Assembly: GCF_009914755.1 (NCBI RefSeq)
Contig: NC_060931.1
Source of the DNA: the human T2T-CHM13v2.0 reference genome, Homo sapiens
Length of the DNA stretch: 64,000 nucleotides
Reading direction: 5' to 3' (one strand)
Each line of letters starts with the position of its first letter. Positions within the stretch are counted from its first letter, which is position 1. The notes beneath the pieces are model-generated. The model had not been told where the DNA came from and ran no database searches. It saw only the letters and a list, made by a program, of their open reading frames with translations. The position numbers and the translations under genes are program-made. This document shows, piece by piece, positions 56,628 through 64,000 of this stretch.

Positions 56628-59600
56628 CTGTATGGAAAAAAAAACCCACATTTAAACGCATGATACGGAGTGTCTATGGGTTGGAACTAAAATATTTTCT
56701 ATGTTTTCCTGTTTGAAAAAATGATGTCAACACCCAAATGTATCCAATAAACAATTTGACTCCCTACTACAATAGCTGATGGATTTTCAATACAGACTCA
56801 ATTTATTTTTTTGACAAATATGTGTTTTCACATTATCACATAATGAGTTTTCTTCCTGTGTCACTTCATAACGAATTAATAGCACAACAAGCCACAGTTG
56901 AATTGACGTTGAAAAATACTCAAGAGACACCCATAATTTCAAGAAAATTCTAAACTCCTCAGGGCAAAGCCGTTCAGAAAGATATTCTTTGACATTATGG
57001 ATAACATGCTTAAAAACCAAAGTCAATTATTTGAAACAGCACAAATATGCCTCATGTTTTAATATTATCATTGTAAAATAGTATAAAAGGAAATCAACTC
57101 AATTAGAGATGGAAAACAGCACATTTTCTGCTGTAGATCAATACCAAAGAAGGACTTTTTCCTGACATGTTTTCAAAACTATAGATATTATAATGACTGA
57201 AACAAAGTAATTATTTTTAACAAAACTGCCAAATTGACAAGTGATTATTTCACAACCCTCACTTCACAGAATCAACCCAGGAAAGACAAGCCTACTCTTC
57301 AGATGTTAGGTGCCATGCAGATAACACAAGGTATTCTCCCCCTTTTAAAATCAGTTATGACATATTTAGGCACAGTTTACATCTAAGCCTTAATATTTTT
57401 AAATGGGAGAATGCTCATTTGTATAGGCTAAAATACAAAATATGTGAAGTGCACTGCATTGTATTTTAAGCCATAAACCTGAAGTTTAGATATGAATGGA
57501 AGAATTATAAACATTCTCAGGTATTCTAATTTTTTCACAAACAAAATAAATATGTTCATTAAAACTATATTGAAACATATCTTCTTGTGCATAAATCTTG
57601 AGGCAACACAAAGTGATTGTGAATCTGAAATTTCTTTGTAATACTGTTATAATTTTACTTTAATATAACAAAACTAAGTCCAGTCTCAAGTTGTTAGGGA
57701 TAGTCTTTACCAATTTAATAAGGCTGCCTTCTATTCTTAGATTCTAATACTAAAATGTTTTGAAAGCATTCATGGCAATTGACTTTGTCATGCCCTTCCC
57801 CTACCCTCAAATCCTCATTTGCAGTATAAGCAGAAATCTTCACTGAGAAATCTTTAAGCAAGACTCCCCTTCTCTCTAGGAAAGACAACACAGTCATAAA
57901 AGCTTCTCAAACTATTCTCAACTTGCAAGTTGTTAAATGTATCTACTATTTTGAGACTTTTCTCAAGTCCTTCCTATAAAGCCATAGCTGTGTTGAATCC
58001 AGCATATCTATATACTCAAGTATATAAAGGACATCTAAGAACAAACTAAATGACATTTACAATGTTTTCACAATTATGATCATACTCTAGAATTCATTTT
58101 GACTGCTAAAATATCCAGTGTAATATTTTACAGATTCTTTCTTAAGTGACAGTAAAGAAAAATAAGCTGATAGCTTTTGGCTCAAACCAGTAGACAAAGG
58201 AATATCATTATCAACTTAGAAGATTATTCCAAAAAAGAATAAAAGACTAAGATAGATCTCTATATCCTCTGTAGCTATAGCTGCTATTTTCCTAATAAGT
58301 CTGGAAAGCTTTTTCTCTTTCTCCACACCCATCCCCCACACCAACTTTAAAAAAATTATTTGGCATGAGCCACTTACAGACTTTATTGTTTTTTAATTCT
58401 TCCTTCTATGTTTATATAAAAATTGGTATTGTACCAAACTCTTAACTCTTATACAGGAAGGGAATATTTAAATTAAAACTTTTGACAATTTCTCATTCTG
58501 CAAATGCTGATGATGGCTTGCTAAATTAGGTCCCAAAATAACTGATTTTGGCTGATCCACAAATTAAAGGCTATCCCAATATCGAATACCATTTTTTCTG
58601 CCACATTTTATTTTTTGATGGGTATTTCTAACTGAAGTCAGTGGAAGGATTTATTGCTCAGCTCTGTTCAATTAAATAAACACTGAGTTCTTACTATGTG
58701 AGGATACACAAAGATTAAAGAACATGAATGGCTCACATCTCTCAAGAGCTCAGTTCCTCTTCAATAGGGCTTAGTTTATGTCTTTTATTAATAGCACTCT
58801 TAGCTCTGATAATATCACTTCTTCCTATTGCTCTTCTTTCCCTAGAGTATGCAATGGTTTCCTGATTTAGTTAATTTCTGGGTATATTCACAATCATCTG
58901 CTTGGCTTCTCCCTATCATATGTATATCTAATTCCCTATGTTATGTTCCCTCCACTGGAAAGACGTGGGAATGTTTGTTTTTCTGGACAGACTGACTGAT
59001 AAAGGTGTGAACATTGGCACGTGTAACAAGGGGAGGTCCACAGATACGAAATCTTCTGTTTCTAAGAGAAGTGCATTGGTAAATAAATGCTGAACTTAAA
59101 CTTCAAAATGGTCTGTAAAATAGTTTTCAGGCTCCCAAATTGCACAAGCAAAAAAGTGGTCATACTCCTTTATCCAATTTCGCCATGAATGAATAGATAA
59201 GGAAGCAGCTCCCAAGGTGCAGAGCCCAGAGGGCCATGGAGAATAAAGGACAAGGGAGTTCTTTTCAGAACACACAATACAGCTCTAATCAAGAGATCTG
59301 GGACACTTCCTTGGCAGGGTGTCTTCACAGTGCCTGCCAGATAGGATTTCATTATTGTAATTGGACAATTACTGCCATGCGTTTCCCATTTTTCCTTTTT
59401 CCACGTGGCAAACTTACCCATAGCTCTCCTGTCCCTGTTCCGTTACTGTATATTGGATTTATCCTGAGGCAGAATGGGGAGGGAAGATGTCGTAGGCAGT
59501 TACCATGAACTTTAGTTCACAGGTTTCCAGCCTGCAAAGGGCCACTGCTAGCTGTGACACAGATATTGGACTGGATATAAAAATGAAATAGGACTTTGGG

Positions 59601-59709
59601 CTGTTTCTCTTGAGATAAGGTGAATGTGTTCTAGGTTTAGGAAGAAGGGCAACAAAACAACTTGGTGGCCACAAGGGTGAACTATGGCACACCAGCTGGC
59701 TATTTGCCA

Positions 59710-60085
59710 CGATTCATGCTTTCACCAGTATAGAACTGTTGCTAGTAAACAGCTAATTAGCCAACAACCAGGTTTTCTAGCTCCTCCTGCTTCTAAGTAG
59801 GGACATATGAAAGTTCTTGTTAAAGGTGACATGTGTCACCTTGGGAAAAGGTGATCAAGATACAGGTTTGATGTCTTTACCCCACTTTATTCCACTGCCA
59901 GCCAAGTTCAGAGAACACCAATACCTAGGAAACGAAAGAAATCAGAGCCCTAAATCACCATGTGGAAGAAAGTCACACTTCTATCAGGAATACCTGTGGT
60001 AAACTCTTACAAACCTGATATTATTTTGAATTATTGAAATGTAACGACTTTCTTGTTATAGCATTTAGCAGTATCCTAACTAGTA
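59710..60085 (+). mobile_element. Old MLT1-family MaLR LTR
   Basis: aaaggtgacatgtgtcacc, ccctaaatcaccatgtggaag, ttgttatagcatttagcagtatcctaactagta. Confidence 0.55.
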
Positions 60086-61426
60086 TATCAACAAGGTATT
60101 TTGTTTCAAAATCTTTCAAAAGTAAATAATGAAGAATTGTTTTTTTTTATTAGAAGCAGTTCCACTTCAATAGGACTCAGTTCATGTTTAGAGATTGTGT
60201 CTGATGTTGACAGTCATAATAATTAAAATATTTAACAGATATAAAAGCTTACTAAGGATCCTTCTGTATCCTAAATTCGCATTTAAATTAAACTATAGCT
60301 CTGTACAAATAACTTTTAATATTATTTAGCAAACTATTTTGTTCTTTACCATTCGTTTCTCTTAACCTTTCTGTATGCATTTCTGCTTCTTCTCATTTAT
60401 TTTTGTCACCAACACTTTAAATGTCTTGTCAGCATGGCACAAAAATGATTTCTTGTCTTAAACATAAAGCTAATGTATCTTCTTCATAATAAAATGTCAG
60501 TGTCACTTGTCATCTTTGCTAAGGTGTAATGGAAACCACAAAATGGATTTTTAGGATTTGTTAAAAATTCCATCAAATTTAATATACAGGAGGAAAAACT
60601 AAGACTTAAAAAAATGAAATATAAAATACACATTTACACACAGAAATGTTTAGAGTGATATGGGGTTCAGAAGTAGCTTTCTCTTAAAATATATAAGCTG
60701 TCACTTCTACATTGTTTCTTTTCTACTGAGATACCTGATTGAGGCCAAACTACATACATTTGTGCATAAACTCTGTGATCTGTGAAATCAAGACTATTTA
60801 AATTGCTAAACTCTGTTTCAACAAGCACCTGAAAAACTAAAACAAAAAACAAAACAGCACTGGGTGCTGGGGGAGACAAGCTAGAAAAACAGAGGGGCTA
60901 GACAGACAATTCACTACCTTCTCCCATATATGTCTCTTAGCTTAGAGAAAGGAAAAAAGACCCTGGGACCACAATAATTGCACCATATCTTATGGCAAAA
61001 CAGCAGACACACAGTTGGTACAATTCTAGCTCAAAGATGAGTGCATTCAGCAATTCTTGAAAAAATCATGACAGCTTTCATAGAGGAATTACAGTTTCAC
61101 TTGGAAGTCTAAAAGAACACCTAAGATTTATAAGGCTGACATGGGGTAGGGGATGAAAAATAAAGATATGGGGGCTGTTGAAACCAAACACTGTAACAGC
61201 GGCACCCTAGAAAAAAACACATGATTCCAATGCTGACATTTGTAACATTACTCTAGGTTCTCAAGCTCTTCCCCAAGCTTGGCTGTTCAACTTTTTCTCT
61301 GTTCCCTGGACTTAGCCTCAGTCCGTTTCCACCGCTCTCCACGAAAAGAACTTCAATCAGTACAAACACTCATTACATTTTCTGCCATGTCAATTCTCTT
61401 TATGTTCTTAAAAGATAAGAAGAGAG

Positions 61427-61923
<497 letters not shown>

Positions 61924-62171
61924 TCAAGAGGCTGCACATTGTTGGGTCTGAAAGGCTATTGCCTGGTTAAAAAAGAGAGAGGTGACTGGAGACCTGAGCA
62001 GGAAAAAGTTTAGTTGCGGCCAGATAGCAATGGTGTGAGGGACATATCATGTTTGAGGAATAGAATAAGACTTCATTTAAGGTTTAAGTTGGCAAAATCA
62101 GGTAAGTTGGGCAAAATCATTTTGGCTAGAAGGTTACTGTGTGTAAAGGCAGGGAGGATGACAATACAGAC

Positions 62172-62219
62172 AGGTAGGTTGAAGGAGATACAAGAAGGTA
62201 GGTTGAAGGAGATACCAGA
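62172..62219. repeat. 24-bp tandem duplication
   Basis: AGGTAGGTTGAAGGAGATAC(A/C)AGA occurs twice with one mismatch. Confidence 0.9.
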
Positions 62220-63624
62220 AGGTTAAGCTTATGGATAAAACCAGTAATTATGGAAGATTAGGGATAGACTGTAAGAAATGTGTTTTGCTAAGCGTGTGTT
62301 ATCCTATATAGGTAACATTTAGTAAAACAATGTTTACAAACCAGAGAATGAAAATCAAATTTTCATACTCAAGTAAAGAATAATTCCCCTCTCTCTAGCT
62401 ACATACATCTCAGAGATGAGTCATGTGACTCAATGATCAGGTTTCTCATATCCAACTAAGTGATGAACTAGCCTCAAACAGAGGAAGAAGGAACTAAAAA
62501 CACAATTAGCAGAAATCATGGTTCAATTTTTGATTAAAAATCACTTCTGCTTACAAACAGGTGTCCTTGAGACAAAGGATATTTTAGGCAAATGGCTGAG
62601 GGAACATCTTTCCAGATAAGTAGAGCCTATCTCTACAAGAAACCTTGACTTTTTGGGTTTAGTTGATGTTTCTTTTTCTCTTTCAATTGACAGAGATTTT
62701 ATACTTTAGCAAAGATTCATAAAGACAGTCTCTAGCAAATCTTTCAAATACCTTCTTGAGAGTGTAGAACCTTGAGGTAGCATATATTATGAAAGGACTA
62801 CCTGAAGTTTTTTTCACTTCAGTATTTATTTAGCAGATGTTAATAACCACATATATTAATATTTGCCCCAATATCAGAACCCTTATAGTATGTGAAGATG
62901 GATCAGATGATTTGTCTAAGGGAAATCTATATTATTCCTTAGTAACAGTTTCTCGTGTTTTAATACACTTGAGGTTGCTAAATCTAAATTATTTCTTATT
63001 TGATTTAATATCATGGCTTCCTGTCCTACTTAGTGAAAACAAAGAACACCTGCTCACTCTTACAGACACAGTGCTCTTTTGTATACTGAAAGATTAGCAT
63101 TAAATCTTGTCAACCTTATTTTCCATGGGCTAAATTGAGTTCTTTTATTTTCAAAGCTGGAAAGAATTTTGGAATTTACAATATGCAATTATTCAAACTC
63201 CCAACCTTTTACCAAATGTGTACTTGGCCCAACAGAGAACCACACACCACATCTCCTTCCTTCTATACATTTTTTTTTTAAACAAGAAAGGCCTTTTTTT
63301 GAAAAAACAAAATGGGGTAGAAGAAAAACAAAGTATTATCCTAAGTGGATATATTTTCCTTGACATTAGCTTGTTAAAAGATCAAGATTAGAAGCTTTGT
63401 TATTTGCATGATGGGAGGATTAAGGATAAAGCAAGGAAAAGAAAAGTAAGATGTGTCAATCATTCTCCAGTTTTTCCTGACATCTCTATTTAATAATGAT
63501 ATGAAGGGGGCATTAGGCAAGCCGTTAGTAGTCTACGCTCCTTGAGAGCAAGAGCTATTGTGTAGTAGACAGGGTAATTCATTTGTACCACATAGAGTCA
63601 CTTAAATGAGTATCTTTAAGACAT

Positions 63625-63750
63625 TTTTTTTCACCAGTTTTTTATTGAAATTACTATATTTAAAGTATGCATCCTGATGTTCTGATACATAGTGAACTGA
63701 TCACTACAGTCAAGCTAATTAACATATCCATTTCTTGACTGTTACCATTT
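63625..63750 (-). mobile_element. L1MA-like extreme 3' fragment
   Basis: tatatttaaagtatgc...atagtgaactgatcactacagtcaagctaattaacatatccat. Confidence 0.7.
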
Positions 63751-64000
63751 TAAAAAAATCTCTAAGCCTTCTTAATCACAGTTTCCTTCACAGTCTATTG
63801 TAAACACTCACCAAGTATTTGTTGGTTGGATGATTGGCTGGAAAGATGGATGGATGAATGAATGGGTGGGTGGATGCTTAGAAAAATTAGAAATAAAAAT
63901 GTAAACCTAAAATTAATACTTCACTGTGGTGAAAAGAGAAAAAGTCTTGATAACTAAATTACTGCCAAAATTTGATAACAGAGAATGATGGTAATTAATT

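Overview
AT-rich, CpG-poor primate (most likely human) genomic DNA from inside CADPS2 (CAPS2, Ca2+-dependent secretion activator 2), which is transcribed on the minus strand. Only two short coding exons are present. 56488-56627 (140 nt) encodes [47 protein letters not shown] and is missed by the ORF track. 15212-15278 (67 nt) encodes [22 protein letters not shown], the start of the PH domain. They are joined in frame across a 41.2-kb phase-2 GT-AG intron. The rest is intron, holding 15 Alu copies, L1, L2 and MIR fragments, MaLR LTRs, Tigger and Charlie DNA-transposon fossils, and simple repeats. Almost all ORFs in the track are repeat-derived or random. I found no evidence for a new protein-coding system. 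The most interesting signals are mutational fossils read directly from the sequence: (i) a young 5'-truncated L1 carrying a ~100-nt 3' transduction inside a 17-bp target-site duplication (TSD); (ii) three iterative templated insertions, including a 111-bp inverted copy of DNA ~1.3 kb away inserted twice into an Alu linker; (iii) a candidate microsatellite-driven poison micro-exon; (iv) a few dense TF-motif clusters and hairpins. Repeat subfamily names and most repeat boundaries come from recalled consensus sequences and are approximate.
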